Notes: generated by a model from the sequence alone, not told the origin. A DNA stretch of 64,000 nucleotides from Octopus sinensis (GCF_006345805.1 NC_042997.1:132990001-133054000); one strand, 5' to 3'. Shown: positions 1-13,373, numbered from the stretch's first letter. Program-made: numbers and translations.

Positions 1-1305
1 TAACGTGAGTGTCATTTTAATTACTTAGCAAGAGAATTAAACTAGGTCGCGGATTCGGTTTACAGAGAAACAATTTCTAATCTATGCCGTCCGTCAGACA
101 GCGGTAAATAATGACTTCCTTTGGTTAAGCAAAACGACAAAGCTTTGTGTTGGAAAATACAATGGAATTATTCATGTTCATACCCATTTGGGAATTGATA
201 CCAGGTCATGTATGCAACATGATGTGAACTAATCTCTTTGTTCTAATTCGCATTACAATCAACGAGAAATAGCAACTTCAAACAACAGCACGCAAATTGA
301 AAGAGGTAGAAAGTCAGCGTAATCAACCGGAGTACATATCTGGTATCTATTTTATCAACAGTGGAGGAATAAAAAATAAAGCCCACCCGCAACGTGTATT
401 TGATTGCAGAATGCAAAATACTCTAAAAACGTTAAAACCTTTAGTGCAGTGATCTACCGTATCACAAACTATAATTTTTTGATGGAGAACACAGCCAACT
501 TAGTTAGTTAATTGGTGTTTATTTTATTGATCCTGATATGATCAAAGGCTAATTCAACTCTGGCGAGATTTGAACTCAGCACTTAAAAGAACGTAATTAA
601 ACACCAAAGGCGTTTACTACGATTTTTTCCCATTGTTCTTTCCTCGGCGCATAATTATTTCTAGTTAGCACTTTAATGCTTCCTGCATTAAGTGTTGCAA
701 ATACTAACTAAATTACTGTTTTTAAATTTTGAACTACTAACGATTCTCTTATCCATCGCCATTCAGTGTGAAATAAGAACGGGTATTTGAAATCCTTTCA
801 GTTTGAAAGATTTAACACCCACACACATATACTTGTGTATGTATGTATATGAATATAGATATATGTGTGCCTGTGTTTATATACGTACAAAGAACTTTAA
901 ATATATATGCGTGTGTATGTCTATATTTACATATATGTATATATTTCCGAGGGTATGGGTATGCTTGACTGTGCATAATTGCGCGCGCGTAAGTGTGTAC
1001 GCGCTCTATAAATATTGGCGAACACTGTGTGTATATACTGATGTAAACACATACACTACAATATAGCGCTCAAGCAGAATACTAAAGGTCAGGTTTTGTT
1101 AATCAAGCTAGCCTCCCAAAATGAGTTATCTATGCAAATCGGCCAAAATTATTTACTGAAACAGTAATAGTGTCCCCATAAATAGTTAACAAACTTATAC
1201 GATTGAGGGTAAATCCAAATGCCGGATTAAAAAAAGTCCTGCTGGCCTCCTTTTCCTAATATTCAACATACATTCAATATACAGGAGTGGACGTGTAGTA
1301 AGAAG

Positions 1306-1532
1306 GCGGTGAGCTGGCAGAAACGTTAGCGCGTCGGGCGAAATGCTTCGCGATATTTCGTCTGCTATTACGTTCTGAGCTCAAATTCCGCCGAGGTCGA
1401 CTTTGCCTTTCAATCTTTCAGTGTCAATAAATTAAGTACCAGTTACGCATTGGAGTCGATGTAATCGAGTTAATCCGTTTGTCTGTCATTGTTCCCTCTG
1501 TGTTTAGTCCCTTGTGGGCAATAAAGAAATAA
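1306..1532 (+). mobile_element. tRNA-derived SINE, family S1 (ggcggcgagctggcagaaacgttagc head)
   Basis: Head with A-box-like tggcagaaacgttagc and B-box-like gagctcaaattcc (gagttcaaattcc in other copies); body gtcgactttgcctttca...gtttagccccttgtggg recurs many times in the window. Confidence 0.8.
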
Positions 1533-1539
1533 GAAGCTC

Positions 1540-3360
1540 GCTTCCGGTATCACAGAGTTCACTTGGTTAGTTGTATTTGTGCGACGTAGACGTGTTTTTT
1601 GGCTGTGCGGGGGTTTTTTTTGGCGTCCAGTGAGAAGTTGCGAGGGACTAAATTGTTCTGTTTCAAGTCTTGAAGGCTGCCCCTCCTCGGAATATGTGTC
1701 GTCGTCGGAAGTGATGGTGAAGTGCTTGAAGAAAATAGACAGGGCTTTGCAGAAAAGAAGCTATGCTGCGGCAACAGAAGAAAAGTGCGAAGACGTAAGG
1801 TTGGAGGGCATAAACAAGTTTAAAGGAATGCTTGAAAGGGAGGGGAACGAAGTGAAGGTGTTCTCGACCACAGAAGTTTTGAAAGAAACTGCGGAAATAA
1901 CTGTAATTAATATACAGAACTTACTCCGTGGAAGCTAGAAAAATTGAAAATACGTCAACGACACAAGTGGAAAAGGCGTTGAGACCGGTCTGGCAAGGGA
2001 ATTCGTACCTTGCCAGAGGAAAGAAATTTGGATCGGTGGCGGTGCGGTTTCGGGAGGTGACTACCGCCAGGCTACACTAAGCAACACCGCTGAAAACCAA
2101 TGAGGTAGTTCTTCTGCCTGTTTACCTTGGAAGGCGTGCTTCCAGGGTTCGGGTAGAGGAAATACCTCCGGAAGTCAATGTAGCCAGGAGGGTGGCTGCC
2201 ATACTGCTAGGCTTGGAGGTGAAGGTGGCATTCCTCCAAGTCACCAGAACTCCCCATTGGAATTGGAATGGAGAAACCCTGGATATGGTGGTGTAAATCG
2301 CTGAAGAAAATTTAGAAAAGATGTTCGAGAGCATAATAGTTGGAGACACAACTTTGAAATTTAGAGTGGAAGGAAGGTGGAGGAGAGGTTTCGGAAGGTA
2401 GCTACCCCCAGGCTGCACTCAGCAAACCGCTGAAAACTAATGAGGTAGATCTGCCCGTTTACCTTAGAAGGCGTGCTGCCAGAGTTAGGGTAGAGGAAAT
2501 ACTCCCGGAGGTCGATGTAGCCTGGCTGGTAGCTGCCATACTACTAGGCTTGGAGGAGAAGGTGCTGCTCCTACAGGCTACCAGAAAACCGCATGGAAAT
2601 TGGCAGAGACAACCCTGGATATGGTGGTACAAGTGGCGGAGGAAGATATAGAAAAGATAGTAGAGAACATCACAGTTGGAGACACAACGTTGAAAGTCAG
2701 AGTGGAGGGAAGAATTCGGAGATGCTATAAATGTGACCTGAAAGGCCACATTAGAGCGGAGTGGCGCCCCACCATCGGAAAAAGCTAAAGAGAATGAGGA
2801 AGTTGTAGGTGTTCCACAGCCCGTGGAGGAAAAAGTAAGAGATATGGCACTGCAGAGTACCAGCATCGAAGAAGAGGTGACAAGCACCAGCTGGAAGATA
2901 GCAGGAAAGAAGAGAAAAAAAAAGAAGACACATGTGGTAAGGGATGACCCCCCAACCCATAACTGCCCTGCCCTCACCCACACTACCCCAACCACTTCCT
3001 AGAGACACCAACCCTTCTCATGCTCAGTCTGACAAAGAAACGTTTACAAACACACAGGAGCCTCCAATTTACCCACCCCACCCTGTAAGGAGAGATGAGT
3101 ATTGAGGTGTAATGAACAGGATGAGGAAGTGAACAATGAAGTAAATTAGTGGGACAGAGTAGTCAAGGTGGATGTAGCGGGTGTAAGGGGTCTACCCGTG
3201 AACAATTATTACGTGCTGACGCACCCGGAGGAACCTGTGGAAGTTGAACAAGTATTTGGAATACTGTGACTGCAAGTGGTGGAGGAAAAATATTGACACT
3301 AGTACAATGCCGGAAAATATAAGGTACGTTGATATCTTAAAGAAATACAAAATAGATATT
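1540..3360 (+). pseudogene. Degenerate LINE ORF1/gag-like coding remnant (possibly L1/Tx1-type) with zinc knuckle
   Basis: Frameshifted reading: RSYAAA motif, repeated unit VLLPVYLGRRASRVRVEEIPPEVNVA...TLDMVVQVAEEDIEKIVENITVGDTTLKVRVEGR, then CYKCDLKGHIRAEW at 2723-2764 (CX2CX4HX4C with last Cys to Trp), then a KKRKKKK basic patch. No endonuclease or RT follows. Confidence 0.7.
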
Positions 3361-3439
3361 TAAAAAAAAGATATGGACTAACCGTTGTATAAACGGTGGT
3401 TGCAAATAGTAATACAAACGGTGTCGAAAAAAATTGGAG

Positions 3440-3815
3440 TAATACAAACGGAGATCGAAAATATGGAACTGTGGAAGTGCAGTTTAGAGAGATAGCAACT
3501 GCTAAACTGCACTCGGCCACATCGTTAAAAACGGAAGAGGTAGTGCTGCTACCTATGTACCTCGGGAGACGGACGGCCAGGGTTCGGGTAGTGGACATAT
3601 CACCAGAAGTAAATGTAGCTTGGCTGGTGGCTGCCGTGCCGCTGGATATGGAGGAGAAGGTGGGAGTCCTGCAGGCCACCAGAACGCCCCAAAGGAATTG
3701 GAGCGGTCAAACCCTGGAAATGATGGTACAGGTCGCGGAGGTGGACCTAGAAAAGAAGGTAGAAAACATCTTAGTGGGTGAAACGACTTTGAAAGTTAGA
3801 GTGGAGAGGAGAAAA
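3440..3815 (+). pseudogene. Third copy of the same ORF1 internal domain
   Basis: ORF 3396-3899 reads EEVVLLPMYLGRRTARVRVVDISPEVNVAWLVAAV...QTLEMMVQVAEVDLEKKVENILVGETTLKVRVERR, homologous to 2047-2712. Confidence 0.75.
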
Positions 3816-4118
3816 GAATATAGAGTTAGGTATGGTATAACATACTTATTGCAGTCAACCAGTAAATGCTTTATCTTATTCAGCTTCAGTTATGTTTAAA
3901 ACCGCGATTTAAGTGAAGAAAAAATTCGTTAGTACTATTTATTGTGAAGAAAAGCAAGGAATATTAGTTCGAAATCCAAATTAATTTTAATTCTTTTAAT
4001 TCTTTTTATTTTTTCATGGAGACTAGCAAAATATAATTGAAGTTAAACCCTCGAACATTTGAAGATAAAAATGTATAGCAACATTTCCAAGTAGTGAAGA
4101 TATTTAGTCATATAAGCG

Positions 4119-4251
4119 CAGTAACGGCTGTAGTAAGATGCTTGCCTCCCAGCCACATGGTTCCGGGTTCAGTGTCACCTTGGGCAAGTATTTTCTACGA
4201 TAGCCTCAGATCTACCAAAGCCTTATAAGTAGATGAAAACTGAATCCAGTC

Positions 4252-4255
<4 letters not shown>
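4119..4255 (+). mobile_element. 5' half of SINE family S2
   Basis: ccacatggttccgggttcag...ccttgggcaagt...aagcctt matches the full copy at 15401-15866. Confidence 0.7.
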
Positions 4256-5238
<983 letters not shown>

Positions 5239-5462
5239 ATCAATATAAGGTGGCAAAAAATCTCAGCAGAAATTATTTGCCACCAGCGGCCTAGTGGAAA
5301 AAATAAATAGTCAGAGACTATTAATAAATTCAACAGCAAAATTAAGGAACGGCCATAATAGGCCGTTCAACCCACTAGAAATAGCAGCCAAGGCTTCAAC
5401 CGCAAAACAATATTAATTCCGTAAACCAGGAGAAAATTAAAAAAAACGTTTATCCTGTAATA

Positions 5463-5563
5463 CTTTATACAATGCATCGTTTCGTCTATTTTTTAATGGT
5501 AAATCAACCTGATTAAATTAAATCAAGCTAATCTTCCATAGGCCAATAGATTCATCAGTAAAG
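5463..5563 (-). ncRNA. Type I hammerhead ribozyme motif (H1)
   Basis: Reverse complement of the 6171-6270 motif, with the same core and stems. Confidence 0.75.
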
Positions 5564-6170
5564 TAAGCCAGACGGGACAGATATTTACACGAGGCAGCAC
5601 CATTACTGCCTCGGCTATATCTGACCTAAAATTTTCAAATCATCGTACTCGCGCCAAATTTATCGGCAGCAAATATAAACTGCCGATTCCATTTCGGAAT
5701 TAAACAGAAAATTCATAATTAATCAATATAGGGTGGCAAAAAATTCAGCAGAAATTATTTGCCACCAGCGGCCTAGTGGGAAAAAAATAAATAGTCAGAG
5801 ACTATTAATAAATTCAACAGCAAAATTAAGGAACGACCATAATAGGCCGTTCGACCCACTAGAAATAGCAGCCAAGGCTTCAACCGCAAAACAATATTAA
5901 TTCGTAAACCAGGAGAGAAAATTTAAAAAACATTCCCTGTAATACTTTATACAATGCATCGTTTCGTCTATTTTTTAATGGTAAATCAACCTGATTAAAT
6001 TAAATCAAGCTAATCTTCCATAGGCCAATAGATTCTCCGAAATGGAATCGGCAGCTTATATTTGCTGCCGATAAATTTGGCGCGAGTACGATGATTTGAA
6101 AATTTTAGGTCAGATATAGCCGAGACAGTAATGGTGCTGCCTCGTGTAAATATCTGTCCCGTCTGGCTTA

Positions 6171-6270
6171 CTTTACTGATGAATCTATTGGCCTATGGAA
6201 GATTAGCTTGATTTAATTTAATTAGGTTGATTTACCATTAAAAATAGACGAAACGATGCATTGTATAAAG
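6171..6270 (+). ncRNA. Type I hammerhead ribozyme motif (H1)
   Basis: Stem I CTTTA(6171)/TAAAG(6266); core CTGATGA (6176-6182); A then stem II TCTATT...AATAGA then C; GAAAC (6250-6254); near-palindromic helix III ACGATGCATTGT; GTA cleavage triplet 6263-6265. Confidence 0.78.
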
Positions 6271-6463
6271 TATTACAGGGTAAATGTTTTTTTAAAATTT
6301 TCTCCTGGTTTACGGAATTAATATTGCTTTGCGGTTGAAGCCTTGGCTGCATTTCTAGTGGTTTGAACGGCCTATTATGGCCGTTCCTTAATTTTGCTAT
6401 ATATAATATATATTATATATGGTATGTATATATATGTATGTATATATATATATGTTATAGATG

Positions 6464-6501
<38 letters not shown>

Positions 6502-6575
6502 TGTATATATATGATGTATATATATATAATATATGTATGTATAATATATATATGTATGTATATATATATATATAT

Positions 6576-7740
6576 GGAGAGTGGCTGCACAATTCCTAAA
6601 AGACAGAAAACAGGCAGTTGTGAGCAATGGAGCCACCTCCAGGGAAACGCAAATAAAAGCGGGTTGTGTCCACAGGGCACTGTCTTGGGCCACTGATGTT
6701 CATAGTGGCCCTTTCAGACATGCCTTCAGTTGCTACGATGACCACCCTTGCTAGTATGCAGATGACAAAAAGTCTCCCACGCAATACAAAACCCTGAAAA
6801 TATTGCGCATCTGCAACATGAGCTGGACACAATATACAGGTGGTGAGCTGAGGACAACAACATGCAGTTTAATGCAGGTAAGTTCCAGGCCCTGCGCTAC
6901 TGGCACAAAAGGTAAATGACGTGAAGACTGGATACACTGGCCCAGGAAGAATTGCAATCCCTGAGTCAAAATCAGTGCGTGACCTGGGCATTGACATGAG
7001 CAATGATGCATCTTTCCAATGCATATTGCTAATCTGGTGATAAAATGCAGACGGCTAGCTGGATGGATTCTCCGAACTTTCAGAACAAGAGAGAAGGAGA
7101 CACTGATGGTCCTATGGAAAACATTTGTCCTCAGCCGCTTGGACTATGCTCCCAACTTTGGTCACCACACCATATAAAACAAACAGCAGAACTCGAAGCA
7201 ACTCAGAGAAGCTACACAAAAAGAAAATCGTCTCAATGCCAAAATGTCAGCTACTGGGAAAGACTGAAGGTATTAAACTCTTCTCCCTGGAGCGAGGCGG
7301 GAGAGATATGCAGTGAATACATCTGGAAAATCCTGGAGGGTCTTGTCCCAAACTTTGGCATTCAAAGTTACTCCAACCGCAGAACGGGGCGCGCCTCGTG
7401 GTGCCAAGGATTCCAACATCACCATCAAAATACAGGTCAGATACTGCAACAGCTTGGGTTTCAGAGGACCACAGCTCTTTAACATCCTCCCTAAATGCCT
7501 GAGAGACTTACATGGTGTGGATGTGGGTTTCTTTAAAACTAAACTGGATCTCTTCTTGTTGGGAGTCCCAGATGAACCTACCTCACGACAGGAGACACGG
7601 ATGCGGGCAGCAGCATCGAACTCCCTTGTTGATCAAGTGCCACGTATCAGAGGTGGATTCACAAACTAGTGTAGCTCATTCAGCGGTGGTGCCCCAGCAT
7701 GGCCGCGGCCTTCGGGCTAAAACATTTTTTTTTTTTAAGG
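6576..7740 (+). mobile_element. CR1/L2-like LINE, 5'-truncated RT C-terminal half with 3' tail (frameshifted)
   Basis: VPQGTVLG, YADD-like region, YWERL, RGPQLFNILPKCLRDL...FFKTKLDLFLLGVPDEP...SNSLVDQ; tail ggtgccccagcatggccgc. Confidence 0.85.
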
Positions 7741-8153
7741 ATATATATATGTATGTATGTATATATATAATATAACACACATATATATATATATGTATAT
7801 ATATATATGTATGTATATATATATATATATATGTATGTATATAATATTTATATATATTGTATATATATGTATGTATATATGTATATATTTATTTATAATA
7901 TGTATGTATATATATATATATATATATGTATATGTATATATATGTATTATATTATATATTTATATATATGTATGTATATATATATATGTATATATAATTA
8001 TTTATATATATATGTATATTATATGTATTATAATATATATATATTTATATATATGTATGTATATATATATATATATATATATGTATATGTATATATATAT
8101 GTATGTATATATATATTTATATATATGTATGTATATATATATTTAATATATGT

Positions 8154-8193
<40 letters not shown>

Positions 8194-8335
8194 TATATGT
8201 ATATAATGTATATATGTGTGTGGTGTTGTGTGTAATTAATCCAAACATGAAAACACAAAGAGAAAACACAACAACGCGAGGACGTGGAACAAGTGTAGTG
8301 TTATGAACGCTCAGGAAAGGAAAGAAGAAGGGGGA

Positions 8336-8368
8336 TTTAACGTTTCGAGCGGAGCTCTTCGCCAGAAA
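8336..8368 (-). ncRNA. Core-variant minimal hammerhead-like motif (H3)
   Basis: Minus strand TTT-CTGGCGA-A-GAGC tcc GCTC-GAAAC-GTT-AAA, with palindrome AACGTT. Also at 9311-9343; the 10298-10329 copy has lost one A of GAAA. Confidence 0.5.
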
Positions 8369-8631
8369 CAATAGGAAAAGGAAAGATCCAAGGAAGGGAA
8401 GACGGAGAAAGAAATCGCCAACGACACACACGCGGTCATATATATGTATATGTATTTATATACATATATGTATATGTATATATATATTATATATGTATGT
8501 ATTAACATAGATATGTATATATATATATATAACATATATATATATGTATATATATAATATATATGTATATATATACATATATATGTATATATATACATAT
8601 ATATACATTATACATACATACATACATATAC

Positions 8632-8675
<44 letters not shown>

Positions 8676-8686
8676 ATATACACTCA

Positions 8687-8729
<43 letters not shown>

Positions 8730-8836
8730 ATAATAATAATATATAAAATATTATTTGAGACAAAACCACTATTTTGCAAAACAAACAGGAAAGACTTAAT
8801 CAATACATAAAATTTAATAAATAGTCAAAAAAACCG

Positions 8837-8879
8837 CCACTACAATCGTTTCTTGTCTTGATCGACAATCTTCAGGTGG
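8837..8879 (-). ncRNA. Type I hammerhead ribozyme motif (H2)
   Basis: Exact reverse complement of 11247-11289. Confidence 0.8.
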
Positions 8880-9114
8880 ACTTCCAATCTAAAAAATCAA
8901 AATTTTAAAATATAAAAATAATTTTAATAATTAAAGTATAAATGAAAAAATATAAGTATATAATCCATATATAACCTATATATAATCCATATCGAAAATA
9001 TAGACTAATTACCACGAATTCCTAAAAAAACCATGATAAAACAAAACTCTTAAAAACATATAACGATAAAATCTCCCTTTGCTAAACTCTATAACAAACC
9101 TATTTATATATATG

Positions 9115-9170
<56 letters not shown>

Positions 9171-9437
9171 TATATGATGTATATATATGTGTGTGTGTGT
9201 GTGTGTAATTAATCCAAACATGAAAACACAAAGAGAAAACACAACAACGCGAGGACGTGGAACAAGTGTAGTGTTATTGAACGCTCAGGAAAGGAAAGAA
9301 AGAAGGGGGATTTAACGTTTCGAGCGGAGCTCTTCGCCAGAAACATAGGAAAAGGAAAGATCCAAGGAAGGGAAGACGGAGAAAGAAATCGCCAACGACA
9401 CACACGCGGTCATATATATGTATATGTATTTATATAC

Positions 9438-9469
<32 letters not shown>

Positions 9470-9666
9470 GTATGTATATACATAGATATGTATATATATA
9501 TATAAATGCTATATATGTATATATACATATATAGGTATATATATACATATATATGTATATATATATACATATATAACATATACATACATATACATACATA
9601 TACATTAATATTATATATATATATACTATATATGTATATATATATATATATATATACACTCATATA

Positions 9667-9728
<62 letters not shown>

Positions 9729-9813
9729 TATTTGAGACAAAACCACTATTTTGCAAAACAAACAAGGAAAGACTTAATCAATACATAAAATTAATAAATA
9801 GTCAAAAAAACCG

Positions 9814-9856
9814 CCACTACAATCGTTTCTTGTCTTGATCGACAATCTTCAGGTGG
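9814..9856 (-). ncRNA. Type I hammerhead ribozyme motif (H2)
   Basis: Exact reverse complement of 11247-11289. Confidence 0.8.
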
Positions 9857-10114
9857 ACTTCCAATCTAAAAAATCAAAATTTTAAAATATAAAAAATAAT
9901 ACTTTTAAATAATTAAAGTATAAATGAAAACTATATAAGTATATAATCCATATATAACCTATATATAATCCATATCGAAAATATAGACTAATTACCACGA
10001 ATTCCCTAAAAAAACCATGATAAAACAAAACTCTTAAAAACATATAACGATAAAATCTCCCTTTGCTAAACTCTATAACAAACCTATTTATATATATGTA
10101 TGTATATATATATA

Positions 10115-10157
<43 letters not shown>

Positions 10158-10599
10158 TATATATGTATATATATGTGTGTGTGTGTGTGTGTGTAATTAA
10201 TCAAACATGAAAACACAACGAGAAAACACAACAACGCGAGGACGTGGAACAAGTGTAGTGTTATTGAACGCTCAGGAAAGGAAAGAAAGAAGGGGGATTT
10301 AACGTTCGAGCGGAGCTCTTCGCCAGAAACATAGGAAAAGGAAAGATCCAAGGAAGGGAAGACGGAGAAAGAAATCGCCAACGACACACACGCGGTCATA
10401 TATATATATATATATGTATGTATATACATAGATATGTATATATATATATATAAATGCATATATATGTATATATATACATATATATGTATATATATACATA
10501 TATATGTATATATATACATATATATACATATACATACATATACATACATATACATATATATTATATATTATATATATATATATATGTATAGATATATAT

Positions 10600-11385
10600 A
10601 TGTGAATGGATAGTGTAGTAGTGAGGTAGGCATAGAGAATGGGATTGGGTTACTGCAAGTTGTTTGTTAGAGATGCTAAGGTGAGTTAAAGCTCATAAAT
10701 GTATATAATGTTTTTTGTGGGTGTGTAAGTATGTTGTATATGTCGAATTTAGTGAGTATGTATAGGCGTATATGTGAGGGAGTATAGTATATGTATCTTG
10801 GTGTGAGGTTGGTTTGCGTGTGAGTGTTGTGTGTTTTGTGTGTGAATGTGTATATGGGTTTGTTATTTAGGTTTTGGGATGTATGTGTTAATTGTCTGTG
10901 TGGGGGGGAGTGGGTTTGGTGTTATTGAGGTTTATAAGTTAGTATAGGTATGTGTATAAGTCGTGAGTCTGTGGTTTACGTGTGTGTATTTGTGTGTGAA
11001 TGTTTAGGTTAGGGGTTTACTTATAGGTTTGTTATAGAGTTTAGCAAAGGGAGATTTTATCGTTATATTTTTAAGAGTTTTGTTTTATCATGGTTTTTTA
11101 GGGAATTCGTGGTAATTAGTCTATATTTTCGATATGGATTATATATAGGTTATATATGGATTATATACTTATATTTTTCATTTATACTTAATTATTTAAA
11201 AGTATTATTTTTTATATTTTAAAATTTTGATTTTTAGATTGGAAGTCCACCTGAAGATTGTCGATCAAGACAAGAAACGATTGTAGTGGCGGTTTTTTTT
11301 GACTATTTATTAAATTTTATGTATTGATTAAGTCTTTCCTTGTTTGTTTTGCAAATAGTGGTTTGTCTCAAATAATATTTTATAA
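10600..11385 (+). mobile_element. Probable PLE 3' end: G/T-rich, C-poor UTR followed by segment A
   Basis: 11025-11385 is the reverse complement of 8745-9105 and 9725-10090 and contains hammerhead H2. Confidence 0.65.
11247..11289 (+). ncRNA. Type I hammerhead ribozyme motif (H2)
   Basis: CCAC-CTGAAGA-TTGTC gatcaa GACAA-GAAAC-GATT-GTA-GTGG: canonical core, 4-bp stem I, 5-bp stem II, near-palindromic helix III ACGATTGT, cleavage after A11285. Confidence 0.85.
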
Positions 11386-11465
11386 TATTTTACTATAAAA
11401 TTGGATTTAATCCTAAATCTGATTTTTTTTCCTGTAAATTGGATATATTCCCTAATATTTATTAT

Positions 11466-11511
<46 letters not shown>

Positions 11512-12079
11512 GTGTATGTGTGCGTGAGTGTTCCCCGCCATCGCTTGACAACAGATGCTGGTGTGTCTGCGTCCACGTAACTTAGCAGTTCGGCAAAAGA
11601 ATACGTAGTTAGACTTATAAAAAATAAGTCATACGGTTGATTTCTATGACTAAAACCCTTTAAGGTGGTGCTCCAGCGAGTAAAGGAATAAAAGAATATA
11701 CCTCTACGGTGAGTCATTCTGATATATTACAGCTTTGGACTGCTCTGACCCCCGTCAGTCCAAACGAAAGTGTTATATTACTGTTATTGTACATTTTTAT
11801 TGCAAGTTAGCAACGGTACACTCACCGACCTGGTGTGCTTTATTGCTTCCAGTTAACTGTCCATCAATTTGTTTAATGTATCGCACTACAACATAACTCA
11901 TTTGATTTGGGTGTAAAACAGTCAAGTATTTGTGGGTTTCGCCGTTAGATGCATATGGTCAACAACCTTCTACAGAGAATTCTTCCGGCATTAATAATAC
12001 AAATTCACCGTGTTATTAAACGGCTGCCTAATCTATTCATTCTATTTAATCTATATTTATCAATTATATAAGACTAACT

Positions 12080-12366
12080 GTGGAGGCGGAATGGCCCAGC
12101 GGACTTGCGTTCGGTGGATCGCGGTTTCGATTCCCAGACCGGGCGTTGTGTGTATTTATTGAGCGAAAACACCTAAAAGCTCCACGAGGCTCTGGCAGGG
12201 GTGGTGGCGACCCCCGTTGTACTCTTTCGCCCCCAACTTTCTCTCACTCTTTCTTCATGTTTCTTGAGTGACGCTGCGATGGACTGGCGTCCCGTCCAGG
12301 TGGGGAGAGCACATACGGGGCCCATGAGCCTGGCTAGGCTTTAAAACGGCGCATAAATAAAATAAG
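12080..12366 (+). mobile_element. tRNA-derived SINE family S3
   Basis: gtggaggcg..atggcccag head, ggtttcgattccc B-box, gatggactggcgtcccgtccag core, catgagcctggctaggcttt tail. Minus-strand copies at 14858-15088, 21458-21762 and 45998-46286. Confidence 0.8.
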
Positions 12367-12423
12367 AGTACTTATTTATAGCAATAATAATTCTCTAAAT
12401 GAGATATAGACAGTAACTGCTCC

Positions 12424-12764
12424 ATAACATAAGGGACTAAAGCCATCTGAATATGGCTAGGGACAGGGCAGGGTGGTGGGGTGTTACTGTTGCATTTAGC
12501 CCCAGGCAAACATCAACGTCGCCAGATAGGCTTGACACCATCACGGCGACCTTTATCCTGCAAAGGGAGATAATTCCCCGATGGTCCGTGTGTGGTTTCC
12601 GCTTCATCGGGGAATTATCTCCCTTTGCAGGATAAAGGACGCCGTGATGGTGTCAAGCCTATCTGGCGACGTTGATGTTCGCCTGGGGCTAAATGCAACA
12701 GTAACACCCCACCACCCTGCCCTGTCCCTAGCCATATTCAGATGGCTTTAGTCCCTTATGTTAT
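12424..12764. repeat. Near-perfect 341-bp palindrome (160-bp arms, 21-nt loop)
   Basis: Arms 12424-12583 and 12605-12764 are reverse complements with 2 mismatches seen. Confidence 0.95.
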
Positions 12765-13373
12765 TTATTTATAATTTGGCAAAAAGTCAGTGAGTTTGGG
12801 AAGGGCGATAATTTGTTTAGTAAATCGACTTCAGTACACGGCCAGGAATTATCATTCGACCCTGGAAGAATGCAAAGAATGTAAAGTGACATAGCTTGGT
12901 GTAGCTAATTTGATCCATCGTTCCATAGATACTGCTCTCTGTGGCTCTGAAGCAAGTGAAAGTAGTGAAATGTAAACACTGAAGCTATTTCCCACTATGT
13001 TCCTTTGTTTGAAATTGATTTGAAACTATTCAAAGGCTGTGATCTAACAGAATTATGGTCAATACATTTCATTACGACCATCATTCGTAATTCTTCGAGC
13101 TACAATGTATCCAGAGATTACGACATTCAGTATCGCCTTTGATGGAGATTTAGTTGCTATTTCTACCACGTCACATAGCGACAGTGTAGAGCCTCGTTCC
13201 AGCATATTCATGTCGTGTTATTATATTTAGGCTGTACGGAAAGAAGCCATAATTATTTGGCATCTGGTCAAATAGGAACTAGAGAAATAGAGAACAATAG
13301 CAGAAAATAGTAAATTCTCAAAACGAATATACATGCATACATACATATGTATGTATGTATGAATATATGTATG

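Larger units (their letters stand above)
5238..6398. mobile_element. Fold-back non-coding element family H1 (probable PLE terminus)
   Basis: 5238-5698 is repeated directly at 5720-6035 (truncated), and 6036-6398 is the reverse complement of 5335-5698. Carries hammerhead motifs and is flanked by (AT)n on both sides. Confidence 0.8.
8225..10420. repeat. Tandem array of about 980-bp units (segment B + (AT)n + segment A), about 2.3 copies
   Basis: gtaattaatccaaacatgaaaacac...cgcggtc at about 8230, 9205 and 10195; atattatttgagac...aaacctattta at about 8745-9105 and 9725-10090. Confidence 0.92.
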
